A model generated the notes under the pieces. The model was not told where the DNA came from. It made no database searches and worked only from the letters and a program-made list of their open reading frames with translations. Of a stretch of 64,000 bases of DNA, positions 9,044 to 18,619 are shown in pieces (the stretch's first letter is position 1; every line of letters begins with the position of its first letter). A program made the position numbers and the translations under genes. This DNA is from Syntrophales bacterium (GTDB lineage: Bacteria; Desulfobacterota; Syntrophia; Syntrophales; UBA4778). The stretch lies in NCBI GenBank assembly GCA_963665615.2, contig CAXXQE010000008.1, forward strand, positions 558,001-622,000, in the 5' to 3' direction.

Positions 9044-11071
9044 TTAATTCTCCCCGTCTTTTACATCGACATTATCCTTACTCCCATCTTTCAGTACGAT
9101 GAATTCCTCATCCTGACGGATACAGGTTTGATAGAATTTTTTGAATTCATCATATTCCTTGATGGAAACCCGTTTGGCGTCAAGGCGAAAGCTTCTTTTT
9201 ATCGCAAGTTCTTTCCCGTCTGACAGTGTTTTTAATTGTGATCTATAAGAGTATTCTCCAAACTTCTCCTTTATGAATTTATTCTTCGGAAAATAGTCGA
9301 GCATGAGAGCATTGGGAATTTTGACGATAACTTCGGCTGTTAGTAAGCAAGGACTTTCGAGTTCAATATCTGTTTTGCGATTAGGTATTGAAAATATTTG
9401 TTTATTGCCAATGGAATCTGCCCCTTCTAGGGGATTGAACGTATAGGAATTGCCCATGCGCTTGGTGAAATCTCCAATTTTGAATTCTTCTTTACCTCGC
9501 AGGATTCCTAATGAGTCGGCAGGCTCTCGCTTCACCACCAAGATCTCAAATTCTTTATATCTTTCCGCCATGATCTGTTGGAACGCTTCTTTGATAGTCT
9601 TCTCGGGTAAACTTGAAAGCATATAATAGTATCCGTCAGGGCTAATCATATCAAAAATATTCGTCAGGATTGCTTGTTGGGCTGTCCGGAGATTGATATT
9701 GATGTGCTCAGATACCCTATTCTTCTCAGCAGACGGAGGTGGAATCAGAACCAATTCCCCGCTGTTTTCTTTCACTACAAGGGCGTTTCTATTCTGCAGG
9801 CAAAAGGGCAATAGGCCATAAGGTGTGTATACGCCGGTCGGGTCAAGAAAAGAATACGTTTTGTCGTTTTGAGGAATAGCAACGATTGCGTGATTGAAAA
9901 TAAGCGGTGAAACAGGGTCTTGGCTGATAAGATATCCTGTGTTGACCAACGCCATATGTGCCTGAATCCCGACGGTCTTCAGCATGGCTATAAGGAGCGT
10001 TGTTTTGTCTTTGCAATCTCCGTAACCATTCTGAAAGGTCACACTGGCTTCATGCGGAATCATTTCATGTTCATTCAATAAAACGGCAACGTATCGAATG
10101 CCCTTCACATAATTATACAGGGCCTTAATCTTGTCCGCGGTTTCAGTCAGGTTAGCAGTAAGCTGGAGAGCCTTTTCAGTCAAGTCCTTGCTATCATCTA
10201 CTTTAGGCGTAGCAAGTTTAAAATACCATTTGCCAATGGCATCCCATGTGTTCGGGCTATAGAGAAAAATCCTGTTGCAGAATTCCAGAGGAGGAATACT
10301 GGATGGCTCGCTTGAGACGGCATCCGATTTCGCCATATGATAAATCTCAATAAGGTCTCCGTTTTTTGCATTATAGCTTCGGCTCAGACAGGATTTCATG
10401 AAGCCGTCCTGAACGCGGATTTTCTTTTCAATGGGTGTTCCTGCTTCTATACGGAAAATATATACTTGCTCCCTCGTCGGGACATAATTGTCAAAATCGG
10501 CGGTCTCAAAAATGAAGCCTTTCGTCACATCGGGAACATGCGTTTTTTTAAGGAATACCCGCAGAATGGAACCCTCCTCAAGCCCTTTCAGAGAGAGTGT
10601 CTTTACCTTGAGATCCGAATAGACGAGGCCTCCGAAAGGATCCTTGACTTGAGCCAGAGAAGAATCCGTTTTGATCTCACGGCCATCAGCAAGATAAACG
10701 GAAGCCGCTATAATCTCAACGCCATCTCGGGATGCAAAGAAAGGAAACGCCTGTTCTCCCAAATTTGTTTTTGCAGAGGCGGTATTGATTCTGAACGCAA
10801 AATCACAGTACTGACTTAAAGAACCATCTTTTTTGATTGAGGTATAGAGGTGCTTAAATACGATTTCGTATGGATAGGATGTACCAACAGTCGTTTTCTC
10901 TTTCAGGCTCTCCTTTACGAGTTGTTCTTTATGACTCCACGTTGTCATATCGAAAAAATCTCCAATATCACCCCTTGGAAATTCATCCGCTATACTGGCC
11001 CTGCAAAGGCTCACTGAGAAGAAAAAAATAAAGAGTAAGTTCAGGAAAACTGCCAATGATTTCTTAATCAT
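9044..11071 (-). CDS. Secreted DUF3857 + transglutaminase-like domain protein
   Basis: Signal peptide; IRYV, GYGDCKDK, FNHAIV, FLDPT giving a Cys-His-Asp triad; AT-rich relative to neighbours. Confidence 0.85.
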   Translation of the reverse strand: MIKKSLAVFLNLLFIFFFSVSLCRASIADEFPRGDIGDFFDMTTWSHKEQLVKESLKEKTTVGTSYPYEIVFKHLYTSIKKDGSLSQYCDFAFRINTASAKTNLGEQAFPFFASRDGVEIIAASVYLADGREIKTDSSLAQVKDPFGGLVYSDLKVKTLSLKGLEEGSILRVFLKKTHVPDVTKGFIFETADFDNYVPTREQVYIFRIEAGTPIEKKIRVQDGFMKSCLSRSYNAKNGDLIEIYHMAKSDAVSSEPSSIPPLEFCNRIFLYSPNTWDAIGKWYFKLATPKVDDSKDLTEKALQLTANLTETADKIKALYNYVKGIRYVAVLLNEHEMIPHEASVTFQNGYGDCKDKTTLLIAMLKTVGIQAHMALVNTGYLISQDPVSPLIFNHAIVAIPQNDKTYSFLDPTGVYTPYGLLPFCLQNRNALVVKENSGELVLIPPPSAEKNRVSEHININLRTAQQAILTNIFDMISPDGYYYMLSSLPEKTIKEAFQQIMAERYKEFEILVVKREPADSLGILRGKEEFKIGDFTKRMGNSYTFNPLEGADSIGNKQIFSIPNRKTDIELESPCLLTAEVIVKIPNALMLDYFPKNKFIKEKFGEYSYRSQLKTLSDGKELAIKRSFRLDAKRVSIKEYDEFKKFYQTCIRQDEEFIVLKDGSKDNVDVKDGEN

Positions 11072-11470
11072 TTTGTTACCTTTCTATTTATTTAATGGTA
11101 GTGAAGCAGACAGATATCCCAATTGAATAGCCAATGAATATCGCTGTAAGGTTCCAGGCCAACTGCCGGTTTCATGTCAAATCTCAAGTATCAGCCCACT
11201 TTATTTAAAGTTGGTGAGTTGTTATCACTTTTCCCATTTGAAATCTACAATGTCCTACAAAATTGTGATTGATTCACTTCAGGAAGAAATCCGTCTTTAG
11301 CTTAAGAAAGATACTTCCATTGATTCCGTCGGCGTTGCTTCATCCCGACATAGGAACGGCGCTGCTCGTTATAAAATGCGCGTATAAGTTGTGTGTCAGC
11401 AATGAACCGTCTCAGCGGGATCTGGTGCCTTCGGGGACAGAGGGACATTCCGTATGACGCCAATTTCCCT

Positions 11471-11500
11471 TTGACATGCAACCGCTCTCTATCCTACACT
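11471..11500 (+). promoter_or_regulatory. Candidate sigma70 promoter
   Basis: TTGACA-N18-TACACT upstream of the SRPBCC gene. Confidence 0.4.
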
Positions 11501-11615
11501 TCGACGGCTTCTGATTAAACAAACCCTGTAAGGACCTGCAAAGCCTTTGACGTTCGTGCTGTTGAAGGTATCAAAAAATGCATTTGCCGGTTTCAACTGG
11601 AAGGAGACCAAGACT

Positions 11616-12071
11616 GTGCTGAATCATATCCTGAATCGCATTCATTTTAATCAACCGCCCGAAGTGGTCCTGGATTACATCACAACGGCCAAGTATTGGT
11701 CGGATTGGCATACGCAGTGCGGCCGCACAGAGGGCGTCACGGATCGCCCGATGCAGGTCGGCGATCAATGCATCGAATATGTTGATTGGAATAATACCCC
11801 CGTTGTAATTCAGTGGACAACGGTCGATCGTTGGAAATCCAATATGTATCGAATGTCCGGTCGCAGAATCGCGGATGGGAAGGTAAGGGACGACGTCACG
11901 GTTACCATCCACTTTACTTTATTTGCAACAGAGGATGGCGGGACCGATTTTACGAGAGAAATGGAAATTGTCGCCCCCGATCTGGGGCCCTTAAAAGAAA
12001 CCCTATTAAGAATCCAGGATCAGGCATTGCAGAATCTGAAAAAAATATTGGCCGCCTGCTGCCCGGAATAA
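11616..12071 (+). CDS. SRPBCC / polyketide cyclase-dehydrase fold protein
   Basis: AAGGAG SD before GTG 11616; I.FNQPPEVVLDYIT...WSDW and C-terminal helix ALQNLKKIL. Confidence 0.75.
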   Translation: MLNHILNRIHFNQPPEVVLDYITTAKYWSDWHTQCGRTEGVTDRPMQVGDQCIEYVDWNNTPVVIQWTTVDRWKSNMYRMSGRRIADGKVRDDVTVTIHFTLFATEDGGTDFTREMEIVAPDLGPLKETLLRIQDQALQNLKKILAACCPE

Positions 12072-12123
12072 CCGGCGAATAAGTTCGGTTGATTAAGTCT
12101 CATAATAGGTTCTCGAAGTTATA

Positions 12124-12792
12124 TTACTGTCCACTCAGCAGCTTACCCAGTCGCGTGCCAAGCTCCTTGCAAACTGCGGATTGCGTAGCAGGCATATAAA
12201 CGGGAATAGGTAAACCGAAAGCAGGCATAATGCCCGTTCCGGTCGCATCGGCTTTTAAATTGCCCTCATAAGATTTATTGCGCAGATCCCAAATTGCCAA
12301 ACCGAGTTCTGATTTGCGATTCCACCAGCTCAAACCCAAGCAACCGCCTCCACCATACCCGGCGCCGCACAAGATACCGCCATGCCAGGCGTTATCGGAC
12401 CCTCCCTTCGTCAGGATGATTAAATAACGTACGCCTAAGGAATTAATCCGTTGCTGCACTTCAGATTTGTTCAGGATGCGCTGATAACCTTCCAAGTCGT
12501 GCGGGGTGTTACTTGGCGTAAAGTAGGGATAAAGACTGTCACGAAATTCCTTTGCCGAGATGAAGGTTAGTTCCGGATTGACTTTTTGCATCGCTGGGCG
12601 GATACATTTGTCCACATCGTTGTCATCGAAATCCTGGTTGTTTTCAAGGTTCGACAGCAGCGCGATTTTATTGCTGAAATTTAGATTGTCCAGCCTATGG
12701 GATTCGGGTTGGGAATTGACCGTTGTGCATGCATGAAGGCACAATTGTACCAATAAGCCTGTAATAATTATGATGGGACTCAACCTTTTCAT
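12124..12792 (-). CDS. Hypothetical lipoprotein
   Basis: Hydrophobic leader ending LHAC; Gly/Cys-rich GGILCGAGYGGGGCLG; ATGA overlap with upstream gene. Confidence 0.7.
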   Translation of the reverse strand: MKRLSPIIIITGLLVQLCLHACTTVNSQPESHRLDNLNFSNKIALLSNLENNQDFDDNDVDKCIRPAMQKVNPELTFISAKEFRDSLYPYFTPSNTPHDLEGYQRILNKSEVQQRINSLGVRYLIILTKGGSDNAWHGGILCGAGYGGGGCLGLSWWNRKSELGLAIWDLRNKSYEGNLKADATGTGIMPAFGLPIPVYMPATQSAVCKELGTRLGKLLSGQ

Positions 12793-13466
12793 TCGTGTTT
12801 ACCAGGGGCCGAAATGCGGGTCAAGAGCCACCGCTTCACTTCGGGTTGTTCTTGAAAATCAATCATGAACTTTGCGATAGCGTCCCGCATCGCTTGCTCT
12901 GCAGCCCGGCTGTCCTTACAGTTGTCTCCTAAACAAAGCAGAGGTTTCTCCAATCCCCGTCCCTCAAGGTGCATTGATGTAACTAAATGCCCATCAGAAT
13001 CATAAAGGCTAATGAGATAACGAACTATCGCGCTAAATTTTCCAGTCGAAAAGTAATTTTGTGAGCACACTATATCCCAATCGAACGATTCGATCCGGGG
13101 TTCTAACACCCCGTCGAGAGTCGGTGTATTCTTTGTAAAGGGCGGTGGGTCTGAAATTTTTGTTACAGTCGAGAACATGCTTGAGATGCATTGGTCGAAA
13201 AGATCCTTACTTGAAGTTCCAATGGGGAATGTAAAGAAGACGCCACTTTGATCCCTTCGCCCATATGGCCCACATAAGATGACTTCAATTCTTTTTTTGT
13301 ATTCGACAAATTCCGGACTGTAATACACACCGATATGAATAGGATTTTGCTTTACAGCGGGCGGAAGAGGCAATTGAGCATCGAGCTTCAACGTACGTTC
13401 AATTGAACAGCCTGTCGTTAACAGAATAAATGCAGCAATTATTGCAGAATAAATTTTTGTCGTCAT
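12789..13466 (-). CDS. Hypothetical lipoprotein
   Basis: MTTKIYSAIIAAFILLTTGC lipobox-like signal; AT-rich. Confidence 0.7.
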   Translation of the reverse strand: MTTKIYSAIIAAFILLTTGCSIERTLKLDAQLPLPPAVKQNPIHIGVYYSPEFVEYKKRIEVILCGPYGRRDQSGVFFTFPIGTSSKDLFDQCISSMFSTVTKISDPPPFTKNTPTLDGVLEPRIESFDWDIVCSQNYFSTGKFSAIVRYLISLYDSDGHLVTSMHLEGRGLEKPLLCLGDNCKDSRAAEQAMRDAIAKFMIDFQEQPEVKRWLLTRISAPGKHE

Positions 13467-13510
13467 AATGAATAGTTCCGAAAAAAAATCAAATAACGTG
13501 TCCATCATAA

Positions 13511-13526
13511 AGCAAGAAGGTAGCCA
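13511..13526 (-). promoter_or_regulatory. Candidate sigma54 -24/-12 promoter for the lipoprotein pair
   Basis: Minus strand TGGCTACCTTCTTGCT (GG-N10-GC), about 45 bp upstream of ATG 13466. Confidence 0.4.
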
Positions 13527-13588
13527 TCCCGCAATCCTCATCCCCCTGGGTCGCCTTCAGCACTTAACCCGAAACCAGAGACTCGAAA

Positions 13589-14608
13589 CTATCTTATCCC
13601 CACCCCTGCCATCTTTGCCCCGCACTTTGGACAGAGGCCGTCTTTCAGCTGATAGCCGAGAATCGAAAACCCCTCGCGCTCGATGAGGAGCGCGCCGCAC
13701 TGGTAACACCAGGTATGATTTCCCGGCCCGGGGGCATTGCCGATGTAGGCATACCGGAGCCCGGCCGCCTTGGCGATCTCCAGGGCCTGATTAAGGGTCG
13801 CCATCGGCGTCATCGGCTGATCGCTCATCCGATACTGCGGATAGAACCGGCTGATGTGCCACGGGATGACTGGATCGACACTGGCGAGAAAGCGGGCAAT
13901 GTCCGTCAACTCCGCTTCCGAATCGTTCATGCCGGGGACTATCAGCGTGGTGGCTTCAACCCAGATCCCTTCGGCTCGCATGGTTTGTATGTTCTCCAGC
14001 ACGGGCGCAAGGCGGCCCCTGCAGACGCGACGATAGGTCTCGTCCTTGAACGCCTTGAGATCGACGTTGGCTGCGTGGAGCCAGGGTTTGGCGGCGAGGA
14101 GCATTTCGCGGCTCATGAAGCCGTTGGTGACAAAGATATTGGCGAGGTCCTTCTCCAGAGCAAGCGTCCCTGTCTCGGCGGCGAACTCGTATAGGAGGGT
14201 CGGCTCGGTATAGGTGTAGGAAATGCTTCGGGCGCCGCTCTTTAGAGCCCGCTGCACGATTTCGGAGGGGGTCGCGCTGCCGGTCGGCACGCCGAGGGCC
14301 TCGGCCTCCGCGGCCTGGGAGATCTGCCAGTTCTGGCAGAAGTCGCACCGGAAGTTGCAGCCGATGGCTGCAATGGAGTAGGAACGGTATCCCGGCTGGA
14401 AATGATAGAGAGGTTTTTTTTCGACCGGATCGAGATGTTCGGAAACGATCCGTCCATAGGTGTGCGTGTAGAGCACACCGTCGCGGTTTTCACGGACACG
14501 GCAGATGCCGGTATGACCCGCTGCGATCTTGCAGCCGTGGCTGCATAACCGGCACGCCACGTGTCGCTCTTCCAGTCGGTCGTATAGTTCGGCTTCTCTA
14601 AAGTCCAC
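13589..14608 (-). CDS. amrS: AmmeMemoRadiSam system radical SAM enzyme
   Basis: CRLCSHGC..G.CRVREN, DPVEKKPLYHF, GCNFRCDFCQNWQISQ, SYTYTEP, C-terminal CxxC...CxxC. Confidence 0.92.
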   Translation of the reverse strand: MDFREAELYDRLEERHVACRLCSHGCKIAAGHTGICRVRENRDGVLYTHTYGRIVSEHLDPVEKKPLYHFQPGYRSYSIAAIGCNFRCDFCQNWQISQAAEAEALGVPTGSATPSEIVQRALKSGARSISYTYTEPTLLYEFAAETGTLALEKDLANIFVTNGFMSREMLLAAKPWLHAANVDLKAFKDETYRRVCRGRLAPVLENIQTMRAEGIWVEATTLIVPGMNDSEAELTDIARFLASVDPVIPWHISRFYPQYRMSDQPMTPMATLNQALEIAKAAGLRYAYIGNAPGPGNHTWCYQCGALLIEREGFSILGYQLKDGLCPKCGAKMAGVGIR

Positions 14609-14628
14609 GACGCCCCTCCGTAGATTTT

Positions 14629-16239
14629 TCAGTTCTGCCGCGGGTTCTGATAATACTGCGCTACATTTTCGCAGTGATCGGAGATCCGCTCCATGTTGAC
14701 GAGCACCTCGACGAAGATCGGGCAGTTCTGAGCCTGGCAGACGCGGCTGTGAAAACGGGACAACTGCTTGTCCCGAAACTCCTGGACCAGTCGATCCACC
14801 CTGCTTTCGTTGGCGAGGATGCGATCGATTACCAGATGATTGTCTCCATCGACCGGATCGATCAGTAACAGCATCTGGTTGAGACTGTCTTCGAGAAGCC
14901 CGCCGATCTCTGTCAACTCCTCGGAGCCTTCGGCGGTAAATTGTACCCCGATATTATTTTTTTCGCCCGCCAGTTCGGCGAGATGAGAGGCATGTGTGCC
15001 GATACTGGCCAGGTCGCCTGCAATGGCGGTATAAGCCAGGAGAATGCGCGACTGTTTTGGAGACAGGGTGGCGGTTGAGATCTTCCACAGGTAGGCGATG
15101 ATCTCCCGCTGCAAGTTGTCGATGACCAGCTTGATATAACTGCTGCGCTTCCTTTTTCCCGCGTCATAATCAAGAAGGAGTTCCCGTCCGATGAGCACGG
15201 TTTCACGCACGAAGGTCAACTGTCGCGTCAATTCTTTTCGAACGCACTCCAGGGCCTTTTCCGGCAGCGCCAGACACTGCTCGCTCAAAAATTCCGGCCA
15301 CAGCGGCACGCTGTGCTCTTCGCCGGGAATCAGCCGCTCCATGAACCGGGCAAAGGGTTTCAGGGCGAAGAAAAAGACAGCAAGGATGAGGACGTTGAAG
15401 AGGAAATGCGCCAGGGCAATCTGCTGGGCCGCGCTGCCGCTCAGGCGGTTGAGCAGATCGACGAAGAGCGGCAGGGCGGCAAAGGCGATGATCGCGCCGC
15501 CGACCTTGAAGGTGACATGGGCGGCCGCAGTCCGTTTGCCGCTGATGTTCGTCGTAATGCTGGCCAGTGCCACCGTCGCCGTCGTTCCGATATTGGCGCC
15601 GAAAACGACCGGCAGGGCGTTGTCGATCCCGATCAGCCCCTGTTGTGCGAGGATGACGAGAACGCTGATGGGGATCGATGAGGCATGCACGATCGCCGTA
15701 AAGACGATTCCCACGGCCAGCCCCACCACCGGATTTGCATGGGCCTTGAGGAGGCTCATGAAGGTGGGATTTCCCTTCAAAGGGGCGGTGGCCTGCGACA
15801 TCATGTCGAGTCCGAAGAACATCAGACCGAAATAAAAGATGACCTCTCCGATGTCCTTTGATCGTTCCTTGCCGGCGATCCAGAGGGCGCCGCCGCCGCT
15901 GATAATGAGGGGGGACAGGGCGGTGACCTTCCAGACGACGAGTTGAACGGTCAGGGTGGTGCCGATATCCGCACCCAGAATGATGCCGAGGGAATGATAG
16001 AAAGTGATCAGACCCGCCCCGACGATTCCGACGGCAATAACGGAGGTCGCGGTGCTGCTTTGCAGGAGGATGGTGGAGAGCGTTCCGACGAGCACGCCAT
16101 AAAAGGGGCGACGGACCGAATAACGGATATAAGCCCGGATTCGGGCGGACAATAGCGTCTGCACCCCGGCGCTCAGCCGCATCATGCCGAAGAGAAAGAG
16201 AACGAGACCCATGATAAAAAAGATAAAGGGAGATGCCAT
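14629..16239 (-). CDS. Na/Pi cotransporter family protein with PhoU-like C-terminus
   Basis: LQSSTAT, GADIGTT and GANIGTT repeats, MERISDHCEN. Confidence 0.92.
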   Translation of the reverse strand: MASPFIFFIMGLVLFLFGMMRLSAGVQTLLSARIRAYIRYSVRRPFYGVLVGTLSTILLQSSTATSVIAVGIVGAGLITFYHSLGIILGADIGTTLTVQLVVWKVTALSPLIISGGGALWIAGKERSKDIGEVIFYFGLMFFGLDMMSQATAPLKGNPTFMSLLKAHANPVVGLAVGIVFTAIVHASSIPISVLVILAQQGLIGIDNALPVVFGANIGTTATVALASITTNISGKRTAAAHVTFKVGGAIIAFAALPLFVDLLNRLSGSAAQQIALAHFLFNVLILAVFFFALKPFARFMERLIPGEEHSVPLWPEFLSEQCLALPEKALECVRKELTRQLTFVRETVLIGRELLLDYDAGKRKRSSYIKLVIDNLQREIIAYLWKISTATLSPKQSRILLAYTAIAGDLASIGTHASHLAELAGEKNNIGVQFTAEGSEELTEIGGLLEDSLNQMLLLIDPVDGDNHLVIDRILANESRVDRLVQEFRDKQLSRFHSRVCQAQNCPIFVEVLVNMERISDHCENVAQYYQNPRQN

Positions 16240-16384
16240 CGCCTGCCGTCCTTTCGGGTTGCATGAAATGATCTAATGCTATTCTTTTTATAGCGGGTTC
16301 CGAAGATTTTGGAAAACAGTTTTTTGCCTTGAAATGCGCGGCTTCTTTCAGCTATAGTCAAAAAAAAAGGAGACATGACCCATT

Positions 16385-16567
16385 ATGACGACAGCATTGC
16401 CGGAGGGAGAGGATATCAGGAAGGCGATCAAGTGGATCTCGTCGTGCCTGGAAGACAACCCAGATCAATCTGTGAATAAGCTGGTGGAAAAGGCTGTCTT
16501 TACTTTCGACCTGTCTCCCAAAGACGCCGACTTCCTCTTCAATTTCTTCAGCAAACGCAAGGCATAG
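16385..16567 (+). CDS. Small hypothetical protein
   Basis: AGGAG SD; 60 aa helical ORF (IRKAIKWIS...FDLSPKDADFL). Confidence 0.7.
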   Translation: MTTALPEGEDIRKAIKWISSCLEDNPDQSVNKLVEKAVFTFDLSPKDADFLFNFFSKRKA

Positions 16568-16607
16568 CCGTTGGCCATTGCGCCGTCGGCGGATTGGAGG
16601 ACGACGT

Positions 16608-17054
16608 ATGTTTGTACCGAAAAACATCCTTGTGCCGACCGATTTTTCTGAATATTCGGAGGATGCGATGAGCGCGGCGGAGGAAATAGCCCGACGGTTC
16701 GGCGCCAAGCTGCATTTGCTGCACGTCGTGGATCTCCTGCCTCAGATGTGTACGGAAGAATATTGCGTTGATCCGCTGGTGGTTCAACAGATCGAGGATG
16801 AGAGCCTTCGGGCGGCGGAAAAGCGACTGGCGGCGGAACTAGCCCGCTTAAGAACGGCGGGGTTGAATGTTCAGATGAGCGTCCGCCAGGGGGCGCCCTA
16901 CCGGGAAATCCTCAATGAACAGCAGGAAAAGCAGATCGATCTCATCGTGATCGCCACGCATGGCCGCACGGGCCTGTTGAGCCATCTGATCGGGAGTGTG
17001 GCGGACAAGGTGTCCCGAACGGCACACTGTTCGGTGCTGCTGATCAAACGTTAG
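16608..17054 (+). CDS. Universal stress protein (UspA family)
   Basis: KNILVPTDFSE, DLIVIATHGRTG...IGSVA, CSVLLIK; GGAGG SD. Confidence 0.95.
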   Translation: MFVPKNILVPTDFSEYSEDAMSAAEEIARRFGAKLHLLHVVDLLPQMCTEEYCVDPLVVQQIEDESLRAAEKRLAAELARLRTAGLNVQMSVRQGAPYREILNEQQEKQIDLIVIATHGRTGLLSHLIGSVADKVSRTAHCSVLLIKR

Positions 17055-17201
17055 TCACCTGAACCTGATGGGAAGCCTGCAGGGCCGGGTGGCGTATTTG
17101 CCCTGTTTCAAATGGCCTGCGGCCGGGAATGTTCCGGTGCAGGCTTTTTGTTACCCGCGACATTTTTTCGAGAGCGAACATCAAATTCCGAGGGGGACTT
17201 G

Positions 17202-18272
17202 TTGAAGGCGCCAACACATTTTTTGTCTATGACCTATCGGATGATCCATTACGTCCTGCCGCAAGTCCATGCCCTGTTGAGGGGCTGGCGGACGGAGGCG
17301 GAGCGGATTCCCGATCCGGAGCTTCGGCGGCAGGCCTTGGCCAGCATCGAGACCAAGACCTTTCATTGCGAAGGCGGGGCGCTTTTTGCACTGTTGGCGC
17401 AGCAGCGGTGTGAGGACGCCCTGCGTTTTATCGTGGCCTACCAGACAATCAGCGACTACCTCGATAACCTCTGCGACCGCAGCACGTCGCTCGATCCCGT
17501 CGATTTTCGCGCCCTCCATGAATCGATGATGCATGCCTTGACCCCCGGTGCGGCGCCGGTCAACTATTATCGTTTTCGCGCCGAACAGGATGATGGCGGT
17601 TATCTCGAACGTTTAGTGGCGACTTGCCAGGAAACCCTCGGTCGGCTGTCGGCTTATCCCCGCATTGCGCCGGTTCTCCATGAACTGGCCGGCTATTACT
17701 GTGATCTGCAGGTGCACAAGCATATCCGCGTCGAAGATCGAGTGCCGGCCTTGAAGACCTGGTTTGAGGGGTACCGTCCGAATCTTCCCGAGATGGCCTG
17801 GTATGAATTTTCAGCGTGCACCGGATCGACGATAGGGATCTTCTGTTTGGTGTCCTATGCGCTGCCCGGTGACCAGTCGCTGACCGACGACCTGATCCGC
17901 TTAGTTCGAGCCGCTTATTTTCCCTGGGTGCAGGGGCTCCACATCCTGATGGATTACTTCGTCGATCAGGAAGAGGATCGAGAAGGGGGCGACCTCAATT
18001 TCTGTTTTTATTATGATAGCGCCGAACAGATGCTGGAACGGCTTACCCTCTTTCTGACAAAGGCTAACGAGAGCATCGCGGGGCTGCCGAATGCGCCTTT
18101 TCATCGCATGATCTGCATGGGCCTACCAGCCTTCTATCTGGCGGAGCGCAAAGTGGCGAAACAGCCGAACATCAAAAAGATGGCGACGGAACTGATGCGC
18201 CAGGGCGGCCTGCTGACGCGTTTCTTCTACTGGCATTGTCTCATATACCGCCGCTTGAAGCCGCTACGGTGA
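17202..18272 (+). CDS. ytpB: Tetraprenyl-beta-curcumene synthase family terpene cyclase (YtpB/DUF2600)
   Basis: KTFHCEGG, AYQTISDYLDNLCDRS, YYCDLQVHKH, WYEFSACTGST.GIF, QGLHILMDY.VDQEED, GDLNFC, collinear with Bacillus YtpB as recalled; TTG start after GAGGGGG. Confidence 0.88.
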   Translation: MKAPTHFLSMTYRMIHYVLPQVHALLRGWRTEAERIPDPELRRQALASIETKTFHCEGGALFALLAQQRCEDALRFIVAYQTISDYLDNLCDRSTSLDPVDFRALHESMMHALTPGAAPVNYYRFRAEQDDGGYLERLVATCQETLGRLSAYPRIAPVLHELAGYYCDLQVHKHIRVEDRVPALKTWFEGYRPNLPEMAWYEFSACTGSTIGIFCLVSYALPGDQSLTDDLIRLVRAAYFPWVQGLHILMDYFVDQEEDREGGDLNFCFYYDSAEQMLERLTLFLTKANESIAGLPNAPFHRMICMGLPAFYLAERKVAKQPNIKKMATELMRQGGLLTRFFYWHCLIYRRLKPLR

Positions 18273-18396
18273 CAGGCTGTTTTAAAAGACTCATCTGCGG
18301 CGTTACGCTTCGGCCTGCGGTGCTCACGTATTAGCATATACGCTCCGCTCCTCGCCCGAAGCGATGCCTTGCATCTGAGCCTTTTAAGACAGCCCA
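18273..18396. repeat. About 120 bp MITE/REP-like element, family B copy 2
   Basis: CAGGCTGTTTTAAAAG...CTTTTAAGACAGCC; internal sequence aligns with 8150-8270. Confidence 0.8.
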
Positions 18397-18444
18397 TCGA
18401 GTTGGTAACCTTATATTAAAAAAGAGACAGGCGGAAACGAACAG

Positions 18445-18541
18445 CTCCCCACAGCGTGCTGCGGGGTAAGCGAGCGAATCATGTCGGAACATTTTCATTA
18501 AGGATCGGAGATCGCCGGAGCTTGCTCCGGTGATCTCCCAA
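18445..18541 (+). repeat. Palindromic element, family C
   Basis: GCTGCGGGGTAAGCGAGCGAATC...GGATCGGAGAT..CGCCGGAGCTTGCTCCGGTGA shared with the 26.7, 45.7, 52.4 and 59.2 kb copies. Confidence 0.75.
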
Positions 18542-18619
18542 TCCGTGAAACGACATGCCCGAGAGTCCTGCGGCGAAAAAAGTCTCCGCCTGTCGCCCTA
18601 CTTCTCCTTTGATCTGAAT

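Noticed and set aside
11505..11600. c-di-GMP-I riboswitch-like words (CAAACC...GCAAAGCC)
   Set aside because: The required P2 GNRA stem and P3 pairing could not be built
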